From assembly GCF_035285525.1 (NCBI RefSeq), contig NZ_JAYKGW010000116.1:1-15449 (forward strand): a stretch of 15,449 nt of DNA, read 5' to 3'. The notes below the pieces were generated by a model. That model did not search any database and was not told the DNA's origin. It saw only the letters and a list, made by a program, of their open reading frames with translations. The position numbers were made by a program, and so were the translations under genes. This stretch comes from Okeania sp. (GTDB lineage Bacteria; Cyanobacteriota; Cyanobacteriia; Cyanobacteriales; Microcoleaceae). Numbering within the stretch: the first letter of the stretch is position 1; each line of letters begins with the position of its first letter. Below are positions 6,952 through 14,675 of the stretch, in pieces.

Positions 6952-7075
6952 TCATGGGGGGCGGGTTGAGCTGACTTATCGGTGAAGACTCCTTAACTTA
7001 ATTAATTTCATGGGGGCGGGTTGAGCTGACTTATCGGTGAAGACTCCTTAACTCACTTGTGAAACCCGCCCCTAC
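6952..7075. repeat. REP-like element with a duplicated left arm (two 46-47-bp direct copies at 6952 and 7008) and a single right arm (AAACCCGCCCCTAC, 7062-7075)
   Basis: TCATGGGGG(G)CGGGTTGAGCTGACTTATCGGTGAAGACTCCTTAACT appears twice and is followed by CACTTGTGAAACCCGCCCCTAC. Confidence 0.9.
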
Positions 7076-7127
7076 TATGAACTTTATTTTTCCTTCTGCC
7101 CTCTCTCTGCCTTCTGCTTTCTTCCTT

Positions 7128-7946
7128 TTATTTTCTTAACGGTTCAACTATCGGCAAAAAATAGGGAACTAATTCTTCGTTTCCCACAACCAAAGTAGGA
7201 AAGGGATGGCTTAAATAATCTTTGCCTATTGTTAAAGGAAAAATATCTCTGGATACTAATGGTATCCAAATTGCTCCTGCTGCTTTTGCAACTACCCAAG
7301 ATGCAGTAATATCCCAAATTCTCGGTGTAGCTTCTACTCCAGCAATAGAAGCACCAGCAGCTACCAGTAAAAAATTATAACTTGCTATTCCTAACATTCT
7401 AATTTTTGTTGGTATTTGGGGTAAAATTTTGGTACTTCTAGTGCAAATATTAAATAAATGATTACCAGTAATTTTATCTTTAATTGGCTGAATTTTTCGA
7501 TGATTTAAAAATGCTCTATTTATAGGTGGATTAGTTAAATAATTTTTATTTTCCTGATAATAAAAACCATAATAAGATTGACCTAATGGAGGCAAATGTA
7601 CATAACCAAATATAGGAGTACCTCGATACAATAATCCTATACAAATTGCCCAAATAGGTACACCTTTAGCAAAGTTTGTAGTTCCATCTAAAGGATCGAC
7701 TATCCAACACCATTCATTATTAGGAAATATCTGATTACTTTCTTCTGTTAATATTCCGTGAGTGGGAAAAGTAGAGGCGATCGCTTCTCTAATTTCTGTA
7801 TCTGCCCATTTATCAGATTTAGTAATTAAGCTACCATCAGCTTTTTCGTCTGCTGTGACATTTCCAAAATCTTTTAAGAGTTGATTGCCTACTCTAAAAG
7901 TAGTTGTTTCTGCGAGATATAAAACTTGGTTCCAAAAGTCTGTCAT
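7128..7946 (-). CDS. Inositol monophosphatase (IMPase/SuhB/CysQ) family protein. The start has been trimmed to Met43 of the tracked ORF.
   Basis: It carries the family motifs EES..(ILTEES) and WIVDPLDGTTNF. The tracked ORF (to 8072) extends through the heptamer array 7960-7994 and non-coding-looking sequence. The ATG at 7944-7946 gives MTDFWNQVLYLAE.., a typical family N-terminus of 272 aa. Confidence 0.85.
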   Translation of the reverse strand: MTDFWNQVLYLAETTTFRVGNQLLKDFGNVTADEKADGSLITKSDKWADTEIREAIASTFPTHGILTEESNQIFPNNEWCWIVDPLDGTTNFAKGVPIWAICIGLLYRGTPIFGYVHLPPLGQSYYGFYYQENKNYLTNPPINRAFLNHRKIQPIKDKITGNHLFNICTRSTKILPQIPTKIRMLGIASYNFLLVAAGASIAGVEATPRIWDITASWVVAKAAGAIWIPLVSRDIFPLTIGKDYLSHPFPTLVVGNEELVPYFLPIVEPLRK

Positions 7947-7959
7947 TACAGTTATTTTA

Positions 7960-7994
7960 GGGAATAGGGAGTAGGGAGTAGAGAGTAGGAAAGA
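7960..7994. repeat. STRR-like heptamer array (GGGAATA GGGAGTA GGGAGTA GAGAGTA GGAAAGA)
   Basis: Read directly. It starts 14 bp upstream of the proposed IMPase start codon. Confidence 0.9.
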
Positions 7995-8176
7995 GCAAGC
8001 TATTAGCTGCCAGTTATTCCTTTCCTGCGGAATGCTGCCCAAACGGAATGTTATACAAACAGCAAACCCCATCTAAACCTGAAAATGGCTTTATAATAAA
8101 TATAACCTTTAAAGTCGGCTTTGATAGTAATATCCATTAGAATATCACTACTTTTACAGTTATCAGCTATTAACTA

Positions 8177-8267
8177 CAGGACTTACGCAAAGGTACTAAA
8201 TATAGAGTAAAAAACTACCAGTGCCATAGTTTTAAGCACTATATCTAGGGTCGTTGCGTAAGTCCTG
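8177..8267. mobile_element. 91-bp MITE-like palindromic element, copy 2 (perfect 14-bp TIR CAGGACTTACGCAA / TTGCGTAAGTCCTG), inserted within a CAGCTAT/TAACTAT heptamer array
   Basis: It aligns with 2481-2571 over its full length. The flanks are ..TATCAGCTATTAACTA[element]AACTATTAACTATTAGCTACCAGCTATTC. Confidence 0.85.
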
Positions 8268-8365
8268 AACTATTAACTATTAGCTACCAGCTATTCATTT
8301 GGTAATGATGGAATTATTATAGAGCATCCTGCTCGCGGAAGTCTATAACTCTTAGCAACCCTATT

Positions 8366-8418
8366 CCCCTACTCCCCTACTCCCCTACTCCCCTACTCTT
8401 TACTCTTTACTCTTTACT
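8366..8418. repeat. Short tandem repeats: octamer CCCCTACT x4, then heptamer CTTTACT x3
   Basis: Read directly. The UPF0182 stop codon (8414-8416) lies inside the last heptamer. Confidence 0.9.
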
Positions 8419-11400
8419 GAAAAACTTCTTGAAGTGCTTCATCAAGAGTAGATTTCATAACAACTCGGTTTTGATAAGAAACGATTACTCTTGCTAAAGT
8501 TGGCAAGCTATTTTGCTCTGCTTCTAAATAAATAGGTTCAACATAAAGCAAAGATTTATTAATAGGAATTACTAATAAATTTCCTTGAATCGCTTTTGAA
8601 CCTTCACGATTCCAAAGAGAAATTTGCTGTGATATTTCTGGGTTTTGATTAATCAAAGCTTCAACTTGTTCTGGACCGTATATTAATCGTTGTTTAGGGA
8701 ATTGATATAACAATAATTTACCATAATTTTTCCCATCCGATCTAGCAGCTAACCAAGCAATTAAGTTATTACGACTTGCTGGAGTATAAGGTCGAAGTAA
8801 AATAAATTCTTCTGAGATTTCTTCTGGTAATTTTGTAATTAGATAATAAGGTTCTACTGTTTGTTGTTGATTACCATAGATTTCAATAGGTACTCGCCAC
8901 AAATCTTCTCGATTATAAAATACTCGGGGGTCATCCATGTGATAAGTTGATAATACTTCAGATTGTACTTTAAATAAATCTAATGGATAGCGAATATGAA
9001 CACGAATACTGGTTGGCATTTCTGCTATAGAATTAAACATATTTGGAAATACTTTTTTCCAAGTTTTAATAATAGGGTCTTTGGGGTCAGATACATAGAA
9101 TTTAATTGAGCCATTATAAGCATCAATTACAACTTTTACTGAGTTCCGAATGTAATTAAATTCATTATTTTCTGGGTCAGAATAAGGATAGTGATTACTT
9201 GTAGTGTAAGCATCAATAATCCAGTAGAGATGATTAGGAGTTGTTTGGGCAATATTTTGATTACTAAAGTTAGGATTAGCTACAACTAAATAGGGGTCAC
9301 TATCATAACGTAAAAATGGAGCGATCGCTCGGACTCTAGCATTAATATTGCGACGATATAATACTTTTGTTTGTGGTATAAATTCATCAGTAAATAACAT
9401 TCTCCAGTTCTTCAAATATTTAGCAAATATCCATCTTTTCCACCCTCTACCAATCACAATTCCGCCACTGCCATCATAAGTATTATAAGAGTTTGCTTCT
9501 CCACTGGGATAGTCTAATTCTCTATCTTTTTCGGCGGTAGAAGTAATAACATCAGTATTAGTAAGTTCTCCATAATAAATTCTTGGTTTACCTATAGGAA
9601 TGCTGTTTCTAATCCTATTTGATACTTCTAAAGTGCTATTTTTTTCTAAAGCTGGATCTGGTCCGATATTTTTCACAAAATATTCTGGTAATCCACTTTT
9701 TTCAACTTGATTAACTGGGGAAATAGTAAAACCATAACCATGAGTATAGACTAAGTTTTGGTTGACCCAAGTTTGTGCTGGTTCAGGTACAGATTCATAG
9801 TTTAGTTCTCTAGCTGCGATAATTACTTGTTGTTTTTTTGTAGGGTTATCTAGTGTTATCTCTGACTCTTCTTTCAAAAATGTATAACGGTCAATATCAG
9901 CATTTAAAAATTCGTAGTAAGGTCGAATTTGTTGTAATTGTCGATTAGTTTGTAAGATTGGTCTTCCATCCCAAAGGCGAATATTTTCAATAATTAATTG
10001 ATTATTGATTAGGTCAGTATAGGTAAGTTTATTATTTGGATCAAAAAGTTTTACTTCTAATTTATCGACATCAATATAAGCTTTTTTAGTAAATTTAATA
10101 CTACGTTTAATATAAGGAATTTCTCGTTCTATTTCATTAGGTTGTACAATTGCCATTTGGGCAATTTTTGGAATTAACCAACCAGCAATTACTGCTACTG
10201 TTAAATACCATGTTAAGATGGCTCTTAATGAATAGCTATTGGCAAATAATTTAGCACTAAATTTTTTCTTTCTTTTTCTTTTACGACCTAGACGTATAAA
10301 CCATAAACTTATTTCAATATAACGTTGAATATTTTTGACTGAAAAAGTTGCTTGCCAAAATAGAAATAATGCTATTAATAATGCTAAAATAGCTAAAAAC
10401 AAATAAGCAGGAAACTGAACTTTGACATCAGTATAACCAGCACCATAAATTACCCCACGTTGAGAGTAAAGTAATTCAAAACAAGCGAGAAAGTAACTAA
10501 ATGCTATGGTTAATATTAAGCCTCCACCTAAAGCATGAAGATGTCTTTGTTGTGGTTCAGAAAATTGATAAAAGTTACCTTTATTTAGACTTTTTCCTGA
10601 AAGTAAATATATCAGTAAGCAAGCAATAAATCCATATAAAAATAATCCAATTAGCCAAAATTGTAGTAGTTGTAAAACTGGAAGTTGAAACACATAAAAG
10701 CTAATATCTATTTTAAATAAATCTTCTTTTTCGTTAAAGGGTATAGCATTCAATATCTGTAATATATTTGCCCAATGACTCGAAAGAATAAAACTAAAAA
10801 CTAAACTTAGGATTATGGCAAATACACTTAACCAAAATACAGGATGAATAATTACAACGATAAATAACAGAATAAACAATCCTAGTAACCAAGAGTTAGA
10901 TGGTATTTGATTTAATATTTGCAAAATTGAGTCTATGCTAAATTCTGATGGTATTCGTGGAGATACTTTAGCAAGTGTAAAATCAGGATGCCAATAATTA
11001 GTAAATATTTCTATATAATGAGTTAAAATTAATCCTACTAACAAAATTAATCCGAATATAAAAGATAATAATAAACCTAATCCTAGTGATGGTTCAATAT
11101 GCAATTTACTGGAAGGCATAGTAACTGGAGGAATTAGCATTATTTCTTCAGTTATTTCCATTTTACTATCTTGGTTGTTTGAATACTTAAATATATTTGC
11201 TATTCTCAAATTTACTAAAAAAAAGCTGGCTGTAATCAAAAAAGTAATTATCCAAATTGAAGTTTCTGTTTGTAATTTAGTTATTAATACAGGCAAATAA
11301 TTTAATTCTTCAAACCATAAATATTCAGCTAATATTTTGGTTGACAAGTCAAAGATTAACCATAAACACAATAAACTAATTAATATTATTAATATATGTA

Positions 11401-11467
11401 TTGGTGTCAGTTTTCCTAATGATTTAAAAAGTCTAACTTTTAGTTTATAAGTATTATTTATTTTCAT
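8414..11467 (-). CDS. UPF0182 (COG1615) family large integral membrane protein
   Basis: 1017-aa ORF. The N-terminal roughly 430 aa have multiple hydrophobic helices and begin ..AEYLWFEELNY. The central block IENIRLWDGRPIL...QQIRPYYEF.NADIDRY...AARELN...TWVNQNLVYTHGYGFTISPVN and the later NYIRNSVKVVIDAYNGSIKFYV are, as I recall, hallmarks of UPF0182. Confidence 0.85.
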   Translation of the reverse strand: MKINNTYKLKVRLFKSLGKLTPIHILIILISLLCLWLIFDLSTKILAEYLWFEELNYLPVLITKLQTETSIWIITFLITASFFLVNLRIANIFKYSNNQDSKMEITEEIMLIPPVTMPSSKLHIEPSLGLGLLLSFIFGLILLVGLILTHYIEIFTNYWHPDFTLAKVSPRIPSEFSIDSILQILNQIPSNSWLLGLFILLFIVVIIHPVFWLSVFAIILSLVFSFILSSHWANILQILNAIPFNEKEDLFKIDISFYVFQLPVLQLLQFWLIGLFLYGFIACLLIYLLSGKSLNKGNFYQFSEPQQRHLHALGGGLILTIAFSYFLACFELLYSQRGVIYGAGYTDVKVQFPAYLFLAILALLIALFLFWQATFSVKNIQRYIEISLWFIRLGRKRKRKKKFSAKLFANSYSLRAILTWYLTVAVIAGWLIPKIAQMAIVQPNEIEREIPYIKRSIKFTKKAYIDVDKLEVKLFDPNNKLTYTDLINNQLIIENIRLWDGRPILQTNRQLQQIRPYYEFLNADIDRYTFLKEESEITLDNPTKKQQVIIAARELNYESVPEPAQTWVNQNLVYTHGYGFTISPVNQVEKSGLPEYFVKNIGPDPALEKNSTLEVSNRIRNSIPIGKPRIYYGELTNTDVITSTAEKDRELDYPSGEANSYNTYDGSGGIVIGRGWKRWIFAKYLKNWRMLFTDEFIPQTKVLYRRNINARVRAIAPFLRYDSDPYLVVANPNFSNQNIAQTTPNHLYWIIDAYTTSNHYPYSDPENNEFNYIRNSVKVVIDAYNGSIKFYVSDPKDPIIKTWKKVFPNMFNSIAEMPTSIRVHIRYPLDLFKVQSEVLSTYHMDDPRVFYNREDLWRVPIEIYGNQQQTVEPYYLITKLPEEISEEFILLRPYTPASRNNLIAWLAARSDGKNYGKLLLYQFPKQRLIYGPEQVEALINQNPEISQQISLWNREGSKAIQGNLLVIPINKSLLYVEPIYLEAEQNSLPTLARVIVSYQNRVVMKSTLDEALQEVFQ

Positions 11468-11483
11468 TAGTTATATTTTTTTA

Positions 11484-11518
11484 GGGAATAGGGAATAGGG
11501 AATAGGGAATAGGTATTA
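11484..11518. repeat. STRR-like heptamer array, GGGAATA x4 plus a degenerate copy, in the 5' leader of the UPF0182 gene
   Basis: Read directly. It lies 17 bp upstream of the start codon at 11467. Confidence 0.9.
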
Positions 11519-11547
11519 TAGCATCTTGCTCCCTATAGGTTTACCTT
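11515..11547 (-). promoter_or_regulatory. Candidate sigma70-type promoter for the UPF0182 gene (-10 TATAAT at 11515-11520 on the minus strand), carried on a conserved GAGCAAGATGC-TATAAT module
   Basis: The minus strand reads GGTAAACCTATAGGGAGCAAGATGCTATAATACC followed by the heptamer leader and the ATG 48 nt downstream. The -35 is weak (TAAACC). This is a sequence-only prediction. Confidence 0.35.
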
Positions 11548-11828
11548 GATTAATAGAGAATCCATCTTTGGAGGATAAAATCAATATTGGCAAAAACTTC
11601 AATCTTGGTCAGTTTTGGAGAACAATATTGAATTGTACTAATACTACTAGATTTAATACTATTTATTAAATTTATCTTCTCAAGCTAATAACTAAAAGCT
11701 GACGGTTCTTTGCGCAGCGTGACCCAGGAAATGCTTACAATAATTCACAAGAGATTAATGATACAATTCTTATAGCTCGCGCCTGTCTTTAAAACCTATG
11801 AGATAAAAACTGTAACTTGCCTTTATTT

Positions 11829-11925
11829 TTGAGTCCTACAATAGAAACCCTTGAGTCCTACAATAGAAACCGGGTTTCTGCTTTAAGAAACCGGGTTTCT
11901 GCTTTAAGAAACCGGGTTTTTGACT
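11829..11925. repeat. Compound tandem repeat: TTGAGTCCTACAATAGAAACCC x2 (22 bp), then AGAAACCGGGTTTCTGCTTTA x3 (21 bp). It abuts the stop codon of the histidine kinase gene.
   Basis: Copies start at 11829 and 11851, then at 11865, 11886 and 11907. Each 21-mer contains the palindromic 15-mer. It may act as a terminator or stabiliser hairpin cluster for the minus-strand kinase gene. Confidence 0.9.
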
Positions 11926-13577
11926 TAAGTAAGTGGTAATTTAACTGTAAATACACTTCCTTGTTCTAACTTAGAATAAACCTGAATATTTCCTCCCATT
12001 CCTTCTACTAAAGTTTTGACAATAGACAAACCTAAACCAGCTCCATTCCCAGCACGATTTCTTGCTTCATCACCTCGATAAAAACGTTCAAAAATCTTAG
12101 CTTGTTGTGACAAAGGAATTCCTTGACCTTGGTCACAAACCTGGATTATTGCTTCATTATTTTGTGTATAAACATTTAAAATAATAGAAGACTTTTCGTC
12201 AGAATATTTAACAGCATTATCTATTAAATTAAGCAAAACTTGTTTCAGACGATTTACGTCTGCTGTTATTTTAATTGATAAAAAATCTCCAGATTTATCA
12301 ACATATCTTTCCTTGACTTGACCAACATTTTTGGATTTTAAACTTAACTCACCACCCAGAAAATTATCATCCAAATTAATCTCTGAAGATAATTTATTAG
12401 AATTGTCAAAATCAAAACAAACTGAATTATTTACACCTGAACAAACTACATCTTTACCGAGACTAGATACTTTTTCTCCATTCACAATATTACCCTCATT
12501 TCCCAATCTCAAAATAATTTTTCTATCGCTACATTGCTTTGCCATTTCCACAACTTCCGCTACCAAATCATTCAGAACTACTAACTCTAAATGAAAGTGG
12601 ATTTGACCACTATCTGCTCTAGCTAACTCCAACAAATGTTTCAATAATTCAATCGTGCGTTGCGCTTCCCCAGAAGCAACCAAAATAGCCTCCTTCTGAG
12701 TTTCAGTCAAATTATTCCCCCGTCTCAAAATACTCTGCAAATACCCAGAAACAATAGTCAAAGGAGTTCTTAACTCGTGAGAAACATTACTGACAAATTC
12801 CCTTTGCTGTTCCCAAGAATCAGACAATCTACCTAACATAATATCTAAAGTTCTTGCCATCTCCTTCACCTCACTGGGAGCTTTTTCCAAAGAAACCCTT
12901 GCTTCAGCTAAACGATCGGCATTAATATTATCAGCAAGTTGACTAATCTGACACAGAGGTATGAGGGAACGCTTAACATAAATAGTAATCGCAACCGTCA
13001 CTGCCATTATTGCTAAAACACTAGCTATACTCATACTCATCACCATAGTCACTAACATCTCTCGATCGCGAGTAATGTCAGAAACAACATAAAGCTTACC
13101 AATATTTATGCCATTAACCGTGAGAGGACCGCTACATAAAACAAAATAGCGTCCATTCATTTCATGCACTAAAGATTTTTGTGGCATCTCATTGAGAGAC
13201 TTTAAAATGAAATGGTCAGTATCCTTCCGCAAACCTTGTGATTCAGCTAAAATCTCCCCATCCTGATTTTTGACCCAAAGAAATACATTAGCAATTGTTA
13301 AATTATTAATAGCTTTCTGCAAACTTTTGTTCGTATACCACATTTTGCTATACATTTCAACATCTTTAGGAAAACGTTCAGCCATCTGCTCAATCTTATG
13401 TTTGTGACTAACTAATAATAATTGCTGCATTTTCCAACTGGTCCACAATGCGACACTGCCTAGTCCTAATACGGAAAACAGGGCAATACCTACTGTGAGA
13501 CGTATTTGTAAGGATGATGAATCAAATTTCCATTGTTTGAGTTTTAAAATGTTTTGCTGTTTCACTGTAAACTTCAT
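11925..13577 (-). CDS. Membrane-bound sensor histidine kinase (two TM segments, HAMP, HisKA and HATPase_c) with a large insertion in the catalytic domain
   Basis: 550-aa ORF. TM1 is around residues 28-47, a periplasmic-type loop follows, and TM2 is around residues 176-200. The H-box is FVSNVSHELRTPLT (His268), the N-box is LLNLIDNAVKYS, G1 is DQGQGI, the F-box is FERFYRGD and G2 is GAGLGLSIV. No response regulator gene is adjacent in this window. Confidence 0.9.
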   Translation of the reverse strand: MKFTVKQQNILKLKQWKFDSSSLQIRLTVGIALFSVLGLGSVALWTSWKMQQLLLVSHKHKIEQMAERFPKDVEMYSKMWYTNKSLQKAINNLTIANVFLWVKNQDGEILAESQGLRKDTDHFILKSLNEMPQKSLVHEMNGRYFVLCSGPLTVNGINIGKLYVVSDITRDREMLVTMVMSMSIASVLAIMAVTVAITIYVKRSLIPLCQISQLADNINADRLAEARVSLEKAPSEVKEMARTLDIMLGRLSDSWEQQREFVSNVSHELRTPLTIVSGYLQSILRRGNNLTETQKEAILVASGEAQRTIELLKHLLELARADSGQIHFHLELVVLNDLVAEVVEMAKQCSDRKIILRLGNEGNIVNGEKVSSLGKDVVCSGVNNSVCFDFDNSNKLSSEINLDDNFLGGELSLKSKNVGQVKERYVDKSGDFLSIKITADVNRLKQVLLNLIDNAVKYSDEKSSIILNVYTQNNEAIIQVCDQGQGIPLSQQAKIFERFYRGDEARNRAGNGAGLGLSIVKTLVEGMGGNIQVYSKLEQGSVFTVKLPLT

Positions 13578-13700
13578 TTTGAGTCTTTTTTGCTAAAAAA
13601 TCATTGAACTACAATTATTATTAATTTAGCTATTTATTCTGAGAAAATCCTGATAATTATATGAGGTAGATATGGAATGAAGTAGTCAAATGATAGACAA

Positions 13701-13766
13701 TAGTAGGGGCGGGTTTGAGCTATAAGTTTCAGGCTTATTCTAGAATTTATATAAACCCGCCCTCAT
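13701..13766. repeat. REP/REPIN-like hairpin, GC-type (TAGTAGGGGCGGGTTTGAGC...TATATAAACCCGCCCTCAT)
   Basis: Same family as 4689-4753, including the shared loop end ATTTATATAAACCCGCC. The right arm carries one substitution. Confidence 0.85.
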
Positions 13767-13787
13767 GCACAAAATTAGTTCTTCCAG

Positions 13788-14650
13788 TAGATTTTTTAGA
13801 TTAATAGTATGGGGCAGGTTTAGTTCAATTAATGATTAAATTCATAATTTATTTGATAAATCTGCACCTACAATAATTAATTGAATTTAATAGATTTGGT
13901 TAAATTAATAGTATGGGGTAGGTTGAGTTCAATTAATAGTATGGGGAAGGTTGAGTTCAATTAATGATTAGATTCATAATTTATTTGATAAACCTGCACC
14001 TACAATAATTAATTGAATTTAATAGATTTTTTTAAATTAATAGTATGGGGTAGGTTTAGTTAAATTAATGGTATGGAGCAGGTTTAGTTAGATTAATGAT
14101 TAGATTCATAACTTACCTAGTAAACCTGCCCCTACGATATTTAATTTTCATCAAATTGGATAGATTTTTTTAGGTTAATAGTATAGGGCAGGTTTAGTTA
14201 AATTAATGATTAAATTCATAATTTATTTGATAAACCTGCCCCTACAATAATTAATTGAATTTAGTAGATTTTTAGATTAATAGTATGGGGCAGGTTTAGT
14301 TCAATTAATGATTAAATTCATAATTTATTTGATAAACCTGCACCTACAATAATTAATTGAATTTAATAGATTTTTTTAGGTTAATAGTATGGGGTAGGTT
14401 TAGTTAAATTAATGGTATGGGGCAGGTTGAGTTAGATTAATGATTAGATTCATAACTTACCTAATAAACCTGCCCCTACAATAATTAATGAAATTGGGTA
14501 GATTTTTTTAGGTTAATAATGGAAATTGTAATTTAATCGTATAGGTCAGGTTTGGTTAAATTAATAGTATGGGGCAGGTTGAGTTTAATTCATGATTAGA
14601 CTCATAACTTATTTGATTAACCTGCCCCTACAATTCAATTTATAAAATTT
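13788..14650. repeat. Tandem array of 7 AT-rich REP/REPIN-like units (about 102-150 bp each) with core GTATGGGGCAGGTTTAG...ATAAACCTGCCCCTAC. There are 11 left arms and 7 right arms.
   Basis: Units start at 13788, 13891, 14023, 14161, 14265, 14367 and 14499, each opening TAGATTT. Units 2, 3, 6 and 7 carry a 28-bp tandem duplication of the left arm. The units are homologous along their whole length, so there are no unique spacers. Confidence 0.9.
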
Positions 14651-14675
14651 GTAATATAATTTTTCTGATAAATCT

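Noticed and set aside
7947-8072. N-terminal 42 codons of the tracked ORF 7128-8072
   Set aside because: The extension reads through a heptamer repeat array (7960-7994), giving ..STPYSLFP.., and has no similarity to the IMPase family. The internal Met at 7946 gives a normal family N-terminus. The extension is treated as a non-coding leader.
12331-12594. 87-aa plus-strand ORF
   Set aside because: It lies antisense inside the histidine kinase CDS. It coincides with the low-complexity insertion region, whose composition permits open frames on both strands. There is no independent support.
159-13577. A functional gene cluster or operon (for example a defence or biosynthetic system) linking the minus-strand genes
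   Set aside because: The products are functionally unrelated: a cell-wall protein, a PEP-CTERM protein, a protease, a phosphatase, a UPF0182 protein and a kinase. They are separated by spacers of about 300-800 bp, each with its own hairpins and candidate promoters. No signature defence, toxin-antitoxin, retron, DGR or cas components were recognised.
13788-14650. Possible CRISPR array upstream of the small ORF (regularly spaced repeats containing palindromes)
   Set aside because: The units are homologous across their entire 100-150 bp length, so there are no unique spacers. The repeats are imperfect hairpin doublets. No cas genes or leader are present, and the adjacent gene is a RAYT-type transposase. 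The best explanation is a REP/REPIN-like tandem array.
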